This document shows, piece by piece, positions 18,977 through 30,576 of a stretch of DNA of 42,902 nucleotides. The notes under the pieces were generated by a model that was given only the letters and a program-made list of their open reading frames with translations, had not been told where the DNA came from and ran no database searches. The position numbers and the translations under genes are program-made. The DNA is from Casimicrobiaceae bacterium (GTDB lineage: Bacteria > Pseudomonadota > Gammaproteobacteria > Burkholderiales > Casimicrobiaceae). Each line of letters starts with the position of its first letter. Position 1 is the stretch's first letter. The stretch covers positions 1 through 42,902 of the forward strand of contig JBDSLT010000123.1 in assembly GCA_039916265.1 (NCBI GenBank), read 5' to 3'.

Positions 18977-19597
18977 ATGCTCGATACGCTGATCATCGGA
19001 TTCGACCGCGCGTTGCGCACGCTCGCGGGCAACGTCGTCGCAACGCGCGCGGTGCCGGGCGCCGATCTTCCGGAAGCCGACCTCGCCCCCGCGGAGCGAC
19101 GCCATGCCGCCGCGCTGATGCGCGTCAATCACACGGGCGAAGTCTGCGCGCAGGCGCTGTATGCGGCGCAGGCGGCGGTGGCGCGCGACGGTGCGACCAA
19201 GGCGCGCTTTGCCGCGGCCGCGCGCGAGGAGGAGGACCATCTCGCCTGGACGCAAGCGCGGCTCGAAGCGCTCGGCGATCGCGCGTCGCTCGCCGATCCT
19301 CTGTGGTATGCCGGCTCGTTCGCGATCGGCGTCGCCGCGGGACTGGCCGGCGATGCGGCGAGCCTCGGATTCGTCGCCGAAACGGAGCGGCAGGTCGAGG
19401 AACACCTGACCGTCCACATGGACCGGCTCCCGGAAGCCGACGTCAGGAGCCGCGCGGTCGTCGAGCAGATGCGCGACGACGAGATCCGCCATGGCGCGAT
19501 GGCCGTCGAGGCCGGCGCCGTCCCGCTTCCCTGGCCCGTCAAGCGCCTGATGCGGGCCGCCGCCGACGTCATGCGGGCGGTGGCCTATCGCGTCTAG
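18977..19597 (+). CDS. coq7: Demethoxyubiquinone hydroxylase Coq7 (di-iron)
   Basis: [34 protein letters not shown] and DEIRH carboxylate/His ligands. Confidence 0.95.
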   Translation: MLDTLIIGFDRALRTLAGNVVATRAVPGADLPEADLAPAERRHAAALMRVNHTGEVCAQALYAAQAAVARDGATKARFAAAAREEEDHLAWTQARLEALGDRASLADPLWYAGSFAIGVAAGLAGDAASLGFVAETERQVEEHLTVHMDRLPEADVRSRAVVEQMRDDEIRHGAMAVEAGAVPLPWPVKRLMRAAADVMRAVAYRV

Positions 19598-20793
19598 GAT
19601 CGGGCTGCGTCCAGGCGCCGGCTTCGCTTCCATTGGCGTAGCGCCGACAGTCGCGCGGCGCGAACCGCCATGGAGATTGCGTCGGCGCGTCCATGCGCGC
19701 GGGCGACGTCGCGCAGCGCAACGCGCCTGACGACGTCCAGCGCCTCGCGCCAGCGCGGCGCCAGCGTGTCGCCCGAAGGATCGTTCGCGACCCACGAAGC
19801 GAGCAACACCGCGAGACGCTCGGGACGACGCAGCGCGTCCGCCGCCTGCAGCAGGTCGAGAACGCTCGCCGGCGGCAGGCGCTCGATCGAAGGCAGCCGC
19901 GGCAGCCAGCGCGCCGCGAGCCGCGCCGCGTCGCGACAGGCCGTCGGCACCTTGAGGCGCGTCGACAGCGCGTTCGCAGCGCGAACGCGAGCACGCACCG
20001 CATCGCGCGCGGCGGGTGCGAGGTCGTGCGCGAGCAGCGCGTAGCGGGCCGCCAGCGGCGCGTCATTCGTGGCGGCGCGATCGAGCGCGCGCAGCAGCAG
20101 CGGCCACCGTCCGGTTCGCTTCGCCCCGCGCACCCGATACGCCGTGGCGACCTCGGGCAACACCGCGCCAAGCGCGCGCGCGTGGTCGAGCACCGCGAGC
20201 ATCCGCGCCGGATGCGGCTCCATCAGTCCTCGCGCGAGTTCCTGCCAGACACGCTCGGGCGTAAGCGTTTCGAGCTCCCCCGAGCGCGCGATCGCGCGCA
20301 TCAGCGCACGCGTCTCGGGCGCCACGGCGAATCCCAGGCGGGCGGCGAAGCGTGCGACGCGCAGGACGCGCAGCGGATCCTCGACGAACGCCGGTGAGAC
20401 GTGTCGCAGCATGCCGGCGCGAAGGTCCGCCTGTCCGCCGTGCGGATCGATCAGTTCGCCGGCTTCGTCGCGCGCCATTGCGTTGATCGTCAGGTCGCGG
20501 CGCGCGAGATCCGCTTCGAGCGTCACCTCGGGCGACGCGAAGAACTCGAAGCCGCGATATCCGCGACCGTGCTTGCGCTCGGTGCGCGCGAGCGCGTATT
20601 CCTCCTGGGTGTCGGGATGGAGGAATACCGGGAAATCGCTGCCCACCGTGCGAAAGCCGGACGCCGCGAGCATCTCGGGCGTTGCGCCGACGACCACCCA
20701 GTCGCGATCGCCGCGCGGGCGGCCGAGCAGCTCGTCGCGGACCGATCCGCCGACGCGATAGATGCAAAACGGCTGCCGGGGCGAGCGAGTCAT
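19594..20793 (-). CDS. cca: CCA tRNA nucleotidyltransferase (class II); HD domain appears eroded
   Basis: [40 protein letters not shown] and EDPLRVLR motifs. Confidence 0.92.
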   Translation of the reverse strand: MTRSPRQPFCIYRVGGSVRDELLGRPRGDRDWVVVGATPEMLAASGFRTVGSDFPVFLHPDTQEEYALARTERKHGRGYRGFEFFASPEVTLEADLARRDLTINAMARDEAGELIDPHGGQADLRAGMLRHVSPAFVEDPLRVLRVARFAARLGFAVAPETRALMRAIARSGELETLTPERVWQELARGLMEPHPARMLAVLDHARALGAVLPEVATAYRVRGAKRTGRWPLLLRALDRAATNDAPLAARYALLAHDLAPAARDAVRARVRAANALSTRLKVPTACRDAARLAARWLPRLPSIERLPPASVLDLLQAADALRRPERLAVLLASWVANDPSGDTLAPRWREALDVVRRVALRDVARAHGRADAISMAVRAARLSALRQWKRSRRLDAARS

Positions 20794-20857
20794 CGCGGAC
20801 GCGTCACCGCCCGCCGGAGACGAGTGCGCGCGGCATGATCCACTCGACTTCGCTGCT

Positions 20858-21802
20858 TCAATCGCGGCGCTTCGCGCGCAGCGGATCGTAACGGCTGCGC
20901 GTGCTCAGCGGGGCGAGCCACGCCGGCGCCGTGGCTTCCAGTTCGGTCGGCGCGAATCCGAACACCGGCGGGAACGGGCTATCGCAAACGGCGTCGCGCG
21001 CCATCGACGCGAGGTTGTCCCGGCTCATCGGCGTCCCGGGAAGAAGCTCGAGCACACGCGCCTGGAGCTTCGACAATGCAGGACCCAGCCCCAGGACGGG
21101 GCGGCGATTCCCCGTTTGCGCGCCCACGTACCGGACGAGTTGCTTCAGCGTGTACACGTGCGGACCGCAGAGGTTGTACCGCTGGAGGATTGTCCGGTCG
21201 TCGACGAGCGCCTGCGCGAGGCACTGCGCGACATCGCCTACGAAGACCGGCTGGAAACGCGCGTCGGGCGCTGCGAGCGGAAGCACGGGGAACGCTTTCA
21301 GCAATTTCGCAAACAGGTTCAGGAACGCATCCTCGCGCCCGAAGATCACCGACGGCCGGACGATCGTCCAGTCGAGACCCGATGCGGCGACGATCGCCTC
21401 CGCCTCGCCTTTGGAACGCAGGTAGCGGCTCGGCCCGTCCGGATCCGCGTTGATCGCGCTCATGTGCACGAGCCTCGCGACGCCCCCGCGTGCGCAGGCG
21501 TCGACGACGGTGCGCGCGCCGTCTACATGCACGGCGGCGAACGTTTCGCGCTCGCGCTCGTTGAGGATGCCGACCAGATTCACCACTGCGCTCGCGTGGC
21601 GCAGGCGGGCGTCGAGTTCGCGCGGATCGAGCGAATCACCCTCGACGACCTGCACCGTGGGCAGCAGGATCAGGTGACGCGCCTCTTCGCGGCGCCTCGC
21701 GATGGCGGTGACCCGGTGCCCCGCGGCGCACAGGCGCGGGATGAGGTGGCGGCCGACGAATCCGGTGCCGCCCAGCACCAGGACGTGATGCAACGGGGCC
21801 AT
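20858..21802 (-). CDS. NDUFA9-like atypical SDR (NAD(P)-binding)
   Basis: VLGGTGFVG, VVNLVGIL, SRYLRSKGEAE, RPSVIFG and FQPVFVGDVA motifs; TAATG coupling with slt. Confidence 0.88.
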   Translation of the reverse strand: MAPLHHVLVLGGTGFVGRHLIPRLCAAGHRVTAIARRREEARHLILLPTVQVVEGDSLDPRELDARLRHASAVVNLVGILNERERETFAAVHVDGARTVVDACARGGVARLVHMSAINADPDGPSRYLRSKGEAEAIVAASGLDWTIVRPSVIFGREDAFLNLFAKLLKAFPVLPLAAPDARFQPVFVGDVAQCLAQALVDDRTILQRYNLCGPHVYTLKQLVRYVGAQTGNRRPVLGLGPALSKLQARVLELLPGTPMSRDNLASMARDAVCDSPFPPVFGFAPTELEATAPAWLAPLSTRSRYDPLRAKRRD

Positions 21803-23757
21803 TACTCCGATTGCGCTGGTGTTGCAGCGCCGGCGCTGCCAGCGATCGCGCCACGCGGCGCGATCGTGCCAAGCCGCGCGCCCAGCGACGCGTAGGGCCG
21901 GTTGAGCGCGTGCGTGTAGATCATCGCGTTCGCCAGGACCTTTTTCACGTAATCGCGCGTTTCGTTGAACGGAATCGTCTCGACCCAAATCGCGCCTTCG
22001 AGCGGAATCGTGGAAGGACGCCAAGCCTGCGCGCGGCCCGGACCCGCATTATAGGCGGCGGCCGCGAGCGCAGGCCGGCCGTCGAGGCGATCCTGCCAAT
22101 ACTTGAAATAGTACGCGCCGAACTGCGTATTGAGATCGGCCTTCGTCACATGGTCGGGGCTGAAGTCGCTGCGCGCCATCTGCTTGGCGACCCATCGCGC
22201 GGTACCCGGCATGAGCTGCATCAGGCCGCGCGCGCCCGCCGCCGAGACGATGTCGGGAACAAAGCGGGATTCCTGGCGCGCGATGCCGTAGAGCAGATCC
22301 TCGTCGACGCCCTGGTCGCGCGACGCCGCGGTGAACTCGTGGCGAAACGGCATCAGGTAGCGCAAGCCGAAATCGTGGCGCGCAACCGTGCGCTCGGCGG
22401 TGTTGATGGCGCGATCGTAAAGCCCGCTGCGCCGCGCGTACTCGGCGGCGAGCAGCAGCGCGTCGTCGTCGAGCCCGCGCACGACGTAGATCCATTCCCG
22501 CAGCGATTCCGGCCGCATGTCGAGCTCGGCGAGCTTCAGCACGCGGCGTACCTCCGGGCGCGCGCCGAGGGTAGCCAGCGCCTCGACGGTGGGGGCGCGC
22601 GGATCGCTTTTCAGCAGCAGCAGTTGCTCGGCGCCGCGTCCCTGCGCCTCGGCGGCGAGCAGCCCGTAGAAATTGAGGTCGCCGGCCAGCGTGGCGTACA
22701 GCGCGTCCGCGGCCGCGCGATCGCCGGAAGTCGCAAGTGCGCGGGCCTTCCAGTAGCGCCACGCGGCCTCCTGCTGATCGCGCTCCGGCAGCCGATCGAT
22801 CGCCGCGCGCACGTCGGGCCACGCCGAGACGCGCAGGGCGGCGCGCACGCGCCATGCCTGCTGCTCCGGCGTCAGCATGGCGTCGGGCACGTCGCGGAAC
22901 CATGCGTTCGCGGCCGGGAGCAGCTGGCGCGCGCCGTGATACGCGACGCGCGCGTTGCCGTAATCGCGTGCCGCCGCCGGAAGCCGGTCACGCCATTGAA
23001 GCCACGCCGCGCGCGCGCCAGCGGCGTCGCGCCGCGCGGCCCGCTCGAGCGAAAAGAGGGCAAGATCCTGACCCGCTGCCGACTTCCACGTGAAGGCGCC
23101 CTGAGTGAGCGCGCGCAGCGCGTCCTTGTCGATCGCGGCGAGCTCGCGCGGGGTGATCTTCTCGTTCGCGGAGAAATCGGCAGCGAGCGCGTGTGCGAGC
23201 CTCAGGTTTCCGCTCTCGACCGCCATCCGGAAGCGCAGGCGCCGATCGGCCTCCGCCAGATCCCCTCTCGCAAAGAGGGCCTGGAACAAGGGCTCGCACG
23301 CGTCGGGCATCGCCTGGCCGGTGGCCCACAACGACTTCGCGGCGCCGAGCGCGGCGTCGCCGTCGCGCTGCCGCCGGTACTGTATGCCGTAGCAGGTGAG
23401 CTCGACGTCCTCGCCTGCGACGGGCGGGTAGTCGAGCGCAAAGCGTGTCCAGTCGCCGCGCTTGGCGAGCGACTTCAGCCAGTCGACGGCGAGGCGGTCG
23501 GCGAGCGGCGTATTGGCGTTTCGAGTGAGGAAGGCACGCACGGCACCGTAATCGGCGCTGTCGATGCCGCCCTTCAATTGCCAGTAAGCGACGTAGGGCG
23601 CGAGGATGTGCCCGGCAAGCGCCGGGGCCAGCGCGTCGAGTTTCCTGCGATCGCCATGATCGAACGCGTCCTTCGCGGCCAGGAAATCGGCATCGGTCTG
23701 CGCGCTTGCGGCCGACGGCAGTGCCGCGAGCAACGCGAAAAGCAAAGTTTTAACCAT
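21802..23757 (-). CDS. slt: Soluble lytic murein transglycosylase (Slt70-like)
   Basis: Signal peptide, superhelical domain, IARQESRF (catalytic Glu), GLMQLM, AYNAG and ETRDYV motifs. Confidence 0.92.
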   Translation of the reverse strand: MVKTLLFALLAALPSAASAQTDADFLAAKDAFDHGDRRKLDALAPALAGHILAPYVAYWQLKGGIDSADYGAVRAFLTRNANTPLADRLAVDWLKSLAKRGDWTRFALDYPPVAGEDVELTCYGIQYRRQRDGDAALGAAKSLWATGQAMPDACEPLFQALFARGDLAEADRRLRFRMAVESGNLRLAHALAADFSANEKITPRELAAIDKDALRALTQGAFTWKSAAGQDLALFSLERAARRDAAGARAAWLQWRDRLPAAARDYGNARVAYHGARQLLPAANAWFRDVPDAMLTPEQQAWRVRAALRVSAWPDVRAAIDRLPERDQQEAAWRYWKARALATSGDRAAADALYATLAGDLNFYGLLAAEAQGRGAEQLLLLKSDPRAPTVEALATLGARPEVRRVLKLAELDMRPESLREWIYVVRGLDDDALLLAAEYARRSGLYDRAINTAERTVARHDFGLRYLMPFRHEFTAASRDQGVDEDLLYGIARQESRFVPDIVSAAGARGLMQLMPGTARWVAKQMARSDFSPDHVTKADLNTQFGAYYFKYWQDRLDGRPALAAAAYNAGPGRAQAWRPSTIPLEGAIWVETIPFNETRDYVKKVLANAMIYTHALNRPYASLGARLGTIAPRGAIAGSAGAATPAQSE

Positions 23758-23861
23758 CTTCACGAGACAACGCCTGACGCCGGTGCGTTCACCCAGACGA
23801 CACGATAGCAAAATCGGAGCAACAAACACGCCAGTGCGCGCCCTGGCGAAGGGTTTCCCGA

Positions 23862-23889
23862 TGCTAGAATCGGCGCGACCGTCAAGGAG
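23862..23889 (+). promoter_or_regulatory. Extended -10 element and RBS of purEK
   Basis: TGCTAGAAT at 23862-23870 and AAGGAG at 23884-23889. Confidence 0.55.
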
Positions 23890-23894
23890 AACGG

Positions 23895-24401
23895 ATGGCA
23901 CAGCGCAAGGCGGCGCCGCTCGTCGGAGTGGTGATGGGGAGTGACAGCGACTGGGAGATCCTGCGCCACGCCACGGCCCAGCTCGACGCCTTCGCGGTGC
24001 CCTACGAGGCGCGCGTGGTATCTGCGCACCGGATGCCCGACGACATGTTCGAGTACGCCGAGGATGCCGCTTCGCGCGGCTTGCGCGCGATCATCGCGGG
24101 CGCCGGCGGTGCTGCGCATCTGCCCGGCATGCTCGCTGCGAAGACAACGGTGCCGGTGCTCGGCGTCCCGGTTCCGTCGAAATATCTGCGCGGAGAAGAC
24201 TCGCTGCATTCGATCGTGCAGATGCCGAGGGGAATTCCCGTGGCGACGTTCGCGATCGGCGAGGCCGGGGCCGCCAACGCGGGACTGTTCGCCGTGGCGC
24301 TGCTCGCCGGCACGGACCCCGCGCTGGCAAAGCGGCTGGCAGCGTTCCGCGCCAAGCAGACCGCGACCGCACGCGCGATGCGCGTTCCGCCTGCGAACTG
24401 A
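23895..24401 (+). CDS. purE: N5-carboxyaminoimidazole ribonucleotide mutase
   Basis: [25 protein letters not shown] and SIVQMP.GIPVAT motifs. Confidence 0.97.
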   Translation: MAQRKAAPLVGVVMGSDSDWEILRHATAQLDAFAVPYEARVVSAHRMPDDMFEYAEDAASRGLRAIIAGAGGAAHLPGMLAAKTTVPVLGVPVPSKYLRGEDSLHSIVQMPRGIPVATFAIGEAGAANAGLFAVALLAGTDPALAKRLAAFRAKQTATARAMRVPPAN

Positions 24402-24409
24402 GCTCCGCC

Positions 24410-25585
24410 GTGGCGCGTGACAGCGTGCCGCCCGGCGCGTGGCTCGGGCTGCTGGGCGGCGGCCAGCTCGGCCGCATGTTCTGCATGGCCGCGCAAAGCC
24501 TCGGCTACAGGGTGGTAGTCCTCGACCCGGGCGGCGACTCTCCGGCGGGCAGCGTGGCGGACCGGCACGTTCGCGCCGACTACCTGGACGAGCGCGGCCT
24601 GGCCGAACTCGGGTCACTCGCGCAGGCGGTGACCACGGAGTTCGAAAACGTTCCCGCCGCGGCGCTCGAGTTCCTGGCGCAAAGCTTGCGCGTGACGCCG
24701 GCGGCGGCCAGCGTGGCCATCGCGCAGGACCGTATCAGCGAAAAGGCATTCCTCGCCTCCCACGGCTTCGGGGTCGCGCCGTTCGCCGTGCTGCGCACCG
24801 CCGCCGACGCGCGCGACGCGAATCGCGCTCTCGTCCCCGGCATCGTCAAGAGCGCGCGCCTCGGCTATGACGGCAAGGGGCAGATTCGCGTGGCGAGCGT
24901 GGCCGACGTCACGGCAGCGTTCGCCGCCATGCGCGGCCAGGCGTGCGTGCTCGAGCGGTTCGTGGCGCTCGCCCGCGAGATCTCGGTGATCGTGGCCCGC
25001 AACGGGCGCGGCGAGTCGTCCACCTGGCCGGTAGCCGAGAACGCGCATCGCGACGGAATCCTCGACGTGTCGATCGTGCCCGCGCGCGTGTCGACCGACA
25101 TCGCGGCGCGGGCGCGCGACATCGCCTGCGCCGTGGCGACGGCGCTCGATTACCGTGGCGTGCTGTGCGTCGAAATGTTCGTCACCACCGACGGTGAGCT
25201 TCTGGTGAACGAGATCGCACCGCGCCCGCACAACAGCGGCCACTACACGATCGACGCCTGCGTGACGTCGCAATTCGAACAGCAGGCCCGGGTGCTTGCC
25301 GACCTTCCGCTCGGCGACCCTGCGCAGCACACGCCGGCGGTGATGGTGAATTTGCTGGGCGACATCTGGTTCGACGCGAACGGCGCGACCGCACCGCGTG
25401 AGCCCGACTGGCGCGCGGTGCTCGCGCAGCCTCGCGCGAAGCTGCATCTCTACGGCAAGGCTGAACCGCGGCGCGCACGCAAGATGGGCCACGTCACGTG
25501 CCTGGGCGAGAGTCTCGACGATGCGCTCGCGACGGCGCGCGCGGTGAAGGTCGCGCTCGGCATTCCGGGGGCCGAAGCGTTGTAG
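24410..25585 (+). CDS. purK: N5-CAIR synthase
   Basis: LGGGQLGRM, TTEFENVP, LGYDGKGQ, NEIAPRPHNSGH and LHLYGK...RKMGH motifs. Confidence 0.97.
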   Translation: MARDSVPPGAWLGLLGGGQLGRMFCMAAQSLGYRVVVLDPGGDSPAGSVADRHVRADYLDERGLAELGSLAQAVTTEFENVPAAALEFLAQSLRVTPAAASVAIAQDRISEKAFLASHGFGVAPFAVLRTAADARDANRALVPGIVKSARLGYDGKGQIRVASVADVTAAFAAMRGQACVLERFVALAREISVIVARNGRGESSTWPVAENAHRDGILDVSIVPARVSTDIAARARDIACAVATALDYRGVLCVEMFVTTDGELLVNEIAPRPHNSGHYTIDACVTSQFEQQARVLADLPLGDPAQHTPAVMVNLLGDIWFDANGATAPREPDWRAVLAQPRAKLHLYGKAEPRRARKMGHVTCLGESLDDALATARAVKVALGIPGAEAL

Positions 25586-25619
25586 CGCTGCGTGGGCGTA
25601 GCGGCGCTGCGCCGGCGTT

Positions 25620-25699
25620 GCAACGCGCTGCGGGCGGTACCCCTGCGGGGGCGCCTGAACACTGAAGCCACCGCAGGGGTACCGCTCGCAGCGCGTCGC
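25620..25699 (+). repeat. Long intergenic hairpin, copy B, with conserved 21-nt apex GGGCGCCTGAACACTGAAGCC (25649-25669)
   Basis: 33-position stem (30 Watson-Crick, 1 G-U, 2 mismatches) closing the same 14-nt loop as 13468-13481. Confidence 0.85.
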
Positions 25700-25704
25700 C
25701 GGGC

Positions 25705-26388
25705 CTAGGTCGCGGTGCCGATCACACGGGTCTTTTTCTTCGCCGGCACTGGCGTCGCTTCCTTGCGCGTCACGCCCGTCGGCAGCGCGGCGACGCGGGC
25801 GTACTCCGGGTCGGCGTAGCGGCAGCCGGCCGCGAGATAGTCGCGCGCCATGTCCGTCGCGTCCGCGCCCCAGAACAATTCGTCGCCGATGGCGAGCGTC
25901 GGCACGCCGAACACACCGCGCGATATGGCCTCGTCGGTATTTCGGCGCAGCGCCTCCTTCACGGCAGCCTCGGCGATCCGCGCGGCGGCGTCGGGCAAGC
26001 CGAGATCTTGCGTCAGTTCGGCCCACTCGATCGGCAGGTCGGGCAGCCGGCCGTCGCGCCACACGAAGCGGAAGATCCGTTGCACCGCGTCAGGTCTGCA
26101 GTCGCACGCGATGGCGAGCCGCAGCAGTGGAAGCGGGTTGAAGGGATGCTCGGGCGGGAACTTGAGCGCGATCCCCTGCGCCTTCGCCTGCCACAGCACC
26201 TGCCGGTACGTGAACGCGCGTTTGGCCGGAATTTCGGCGGGGCCCTTGTGCCCGTGATGCGACAGGAGCCCGCCGAAGACCACCGGCCGCAATCGAATCG
26301 ACACCTTCAGCGGAAACGACGACAGGCGCTCGCTTTGCAGATACGAAAAGGGGGAAATGAAGTCGAAATACCAGTCAGCACTGGGCAT
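25705..26388 (-). CDS. 2-hydroxychromene-2-carboxylate isomerase-like protein (kappa-class GST/DsbA fold), copy 1
   Basis: WYFDFISPFSYL, HPFNPL, GVFGVPT and FWGAD motifs. Confidence 0.87.
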   Translation of the reverse strand: MPSADWYFDFISPFSYLQSERLSSFPLKVSIRLRPVVFGGLLSHHGHKGPAEIPAKRAFTYRQVLWQAKAQGIALKFPPEHPFNPLPLLRLAIACDCRPDAVQRIFRFVWRDGRLPDLPIEWAELTQDLGLPDAAARIAEAAVKEALRRNTDEAISRGVFGVPTLAIGDELFWGADATDMARDYLAAGCRYADPEYARVAALPTGVTRKEATPVPAKKKTRVIGTAT

Positions 26389-26593
26389 CGCAGCCTCCCG
26401 CCGCAACGCGTAACGCGCGGCGCTGCGCGATCTGCGACCATATGGCGCGGCGCGCGTCGTCGTCGAGTTCGCTCCAGACGGCGATCTCGTCGATCGTGCG
26501 CAGGCAACCTTCGCAAAGCGCCGTCACGTCGTCCATCCGGCACACGCTGATGCAGGGCGACGGAACGCGGGCGACACCGCCGCCGCGGTTCAA
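26375..26593 (-). CDS. DUF1289 small Cys-rich protein
   Basis: SPCISVCRMD...CEGCLRTIDEIAVW; exact start uncertain. Confidence 0.85.
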   Translation of the reverse strand: MNRGGGVARVPSPCISVCRMDDVTALCEGCLRTIDEIAVWSELDDDARRAIWSQIAQRRALRVAAGGCDAQC

Positions 26594-26645
26594 CGTACCT
26601 CTCCCGTGACGCGCTGCGCGTCCAGCCAGGACGCTGAACGCCGCG

Positions 26646-26697
26646 AGTCGTCTCTGACCCTACTTTTGCGGAAGTCGTCTCTGACCCTACTTATTGG
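26646..26697. repeat. Tandem doublet of a 20-nt REP-like repeat AGTCGTCTCTGACCCTACTT
   Basis: Identical copies at 26646-26665 and 26673-26692 (27-bp period); the same motif forms the arms of the 34774-34856 inverted repeat. Confidence 0.9.
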
Positions 26698-26708
26698 CGC
26701 GATGCGGG

Positions 26709-27623
26709 TCATGCGGTCGCCGCGTCCTTCGCGTCGAGCGCGCGGGCGACGCGCGAAACCGGGGGCCGGCCGAGAAAGTCGGAGATGTACCGGCCGGCGC
26801 GGCGCAGTTTCGCCATGTCGACGCCGGTCTCGATGCCGAGCCCCTGCAGCAGATAGAGGACATCCTCGCTCGCCACGTTCCCGGTGGCGCCTTTGGCGTA
26901 GGGACAGCCGCCGAGCCCGGCGACCGAGCAATCGAAGGTCCCGACGCCCGCTTCGAGCGCCGCGTACACGTTCGCGAGAGCCTGGCCATAGGTATCGTGG
27001 AAATGGCCCGCGAGCGCGTGGATCGGTACCTGCTGCCCGACCCGCCGGACGAGCGCCTGCGTCTTGCCGGCGGTCCCGGTCCCGATCGTGTCGCCCAGCG
27101 AGATTTCGTAGGCGCCCATCGCGTGCAGCGCCGCCGCGACGTCGGCGACTCGGGACGGCTCGACGTCGCCCTCGTAGGGACAGCCGAGCACGCAGGAGAT
27201 GTAGCCGCGCACGCGTACGTCGGCGGCCTTCGCCGCGTCGAACACGGGCTTCGCGCGCTCCAGGCTCTCGGCAATCGAGCAGTTGATGTTCCTGCGCGAG
27301 AAGCTCTCGCTCGCCGCGACGAAAACCGCCACTTCGTCGGCGCCTGCGGCAAGCGCCGCCTCGAAGCCCTTGAGGTTGGGTGTGAGCACCGGATAGCGGA
27401 CACCGGCTCTACGCGCGATGCGCGCCATGACGTCGGCCGCGTCGGCCATTTGCGGCACCCACTTCGGCGAGACGAACGCCGTGGCCTCGACGGCGGGAAG
27501 ACCCGCGTCGGCGAGCATGTCGATCAGCGCGACCTTGACGTCGGTCGGCACGACTGCCTTTTCGTTCTGCAGTCCGTCGCGCGGGCCGACGTCGACCAGG
27601 CGGACTTTGGCGGGCAGCTTCAT
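26709..27623 (-). CDS. hmgL: Hydroxymethylglutaryl-CoA lyase (LiuE)
   Basis: DVGPRDGLQNE, HFHDTYG and GLGGCPYAKGATGNV motifs. Confidence 0.95.
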   Translation of the reverse strand: MKLPAKVRLVDVGPRDGLQNEKAVVPTDVKVALIDMLADAGLPAVEATAFVSPKWVPQMADAADVMARIARRAGVRYPVLTPNLKGFEAALAAGADEVAVFVAASESFSRRNINCSIAESLERAKPVFDAAKAADVRVRGYISCVLGCPYEGDVEPSRVADVAAALHAMGAYEISLGDTIGTGTAGKTQALVRRVGQQVPIHALAGHFHDTYGQALANVYAALEAGVGTFDCSVAGLGGCPYAKGATGNVASEDVLYLLQGLGIETGVDMAKLRRAGRYISDFLGRPPVSRVARALDAKDAATA

Positions 27624-27625
27624 GT

Positions 27626-28565
27626 TCAGTAGCCTCGTGTGCGGTCGACCACCCCGGTGACCGGCCCGCCCCGTTCGAGCCGCCGGATCTTCGCCGCGAT
27701 CTGCGTCACCGCTTCGTCGGGAAGCGTCGTGCCCGACACGTGCGGCGTCACCGTGACGTCGCTGCGCGACCAGAAAGGATGCCCGTGCGGCAGCGGCTCG
27801 GGGTCGAAGACATCGAGCGTCGCACCGCGGAGTTTCCCCTCGTCGAGCAGCCCGATCAGGTCGGTGTCGTTCACGAGCGCACCGCGACCGATGTTGATCA
27901 GATGGGCGCCGACGGCCAGTTTCCCAAGCGTGCGCCGGCAGAGCAACCCGCGCGTCGCCGGCGTGAGCGGCAGGACCGCGACGAGAATGTCGAGGCCGTC
28001 GAGGAAGGCGTCGAGGCCGGCGTCGCCGGCGCGGCAATCGACGCCATCGAGCGTGCGACGGGAACGCGCGTGGCCGCGCACCCGAAAGCCCTGCGCCGCG
28101 AGCGAGCGCGCGATCGCGCCGCCGATGACGCCGATGCCCAGCACGCCGACGTGGATCGACGACGACGGGCGCACAGCGTGCTGGCGCCACACGCCGTCGC
28201 GCTGCTGCGCCGCGTAGACGTCGAAGCCGCCTGCGACGCGGAGCACCGTCGCGAGCACGTACCGGACCATTTGCGCCGCCATCCCCGCGTCCTCGAGCCG
28301 GATCACCGGCACCGAGGCGGGGAGCCCGGGTAACGCGAGGACGCCGTTGACGCCGGCACCGAAGGCAAAGACGGCCTTCATCGCGCGCTGCCGCTCGAAC
28401 AGCGTGTCGTCGCGAAAACCCGCGACGACATAGTCCGCGACCGCGCCGTCGGTTCGGGCGTCGACGATCCGCGCTTCCGGCAGCGCCGCGGCGAACAGGG
28501 ACAGCACCCGCGGGCTGTCCTGCGGCTCGACGACGACCGCCACGCGGATTGACGGTTCCGCGTCC

Positions 28566-28573
<8 letters not shown>
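27626..28573 (-). CDS. ghrA: Glyoxylate/hydroxypyruvate reductase A-like D-2-hydroxyacid dehydrogenase
   Basis: RLEDAGMA, GIGVIG, LPLTPAT, NIGRG, LDVFDPEPLP and TPHVSG motifs. Confidence 0.85.
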
Positions 28574-30566
<1,993 letters not shown>

Positions 30567-30576
30567 GGAAGTGCCG

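Noticed and set aside
23758-23894. Purine/ZTP riboswitch upstream of purE
   Set aside because: The -10 element is only about 25 nt from the start codon, leaving no room, and no aptamer motif is visible.
25705-26388. Naphthalene degradation inferred from the HCCA isomerase-like genes
   Set aside because: No dioxygenase or other nah genes; context is branched-chain acyl-CoA catabolism.
26646-26692. Mini CRISPR array
   Set aside because: Only two 20-nt repeats with a 7-nt spacer, no cas genes, and the same unit occurs inverted elsewhere.
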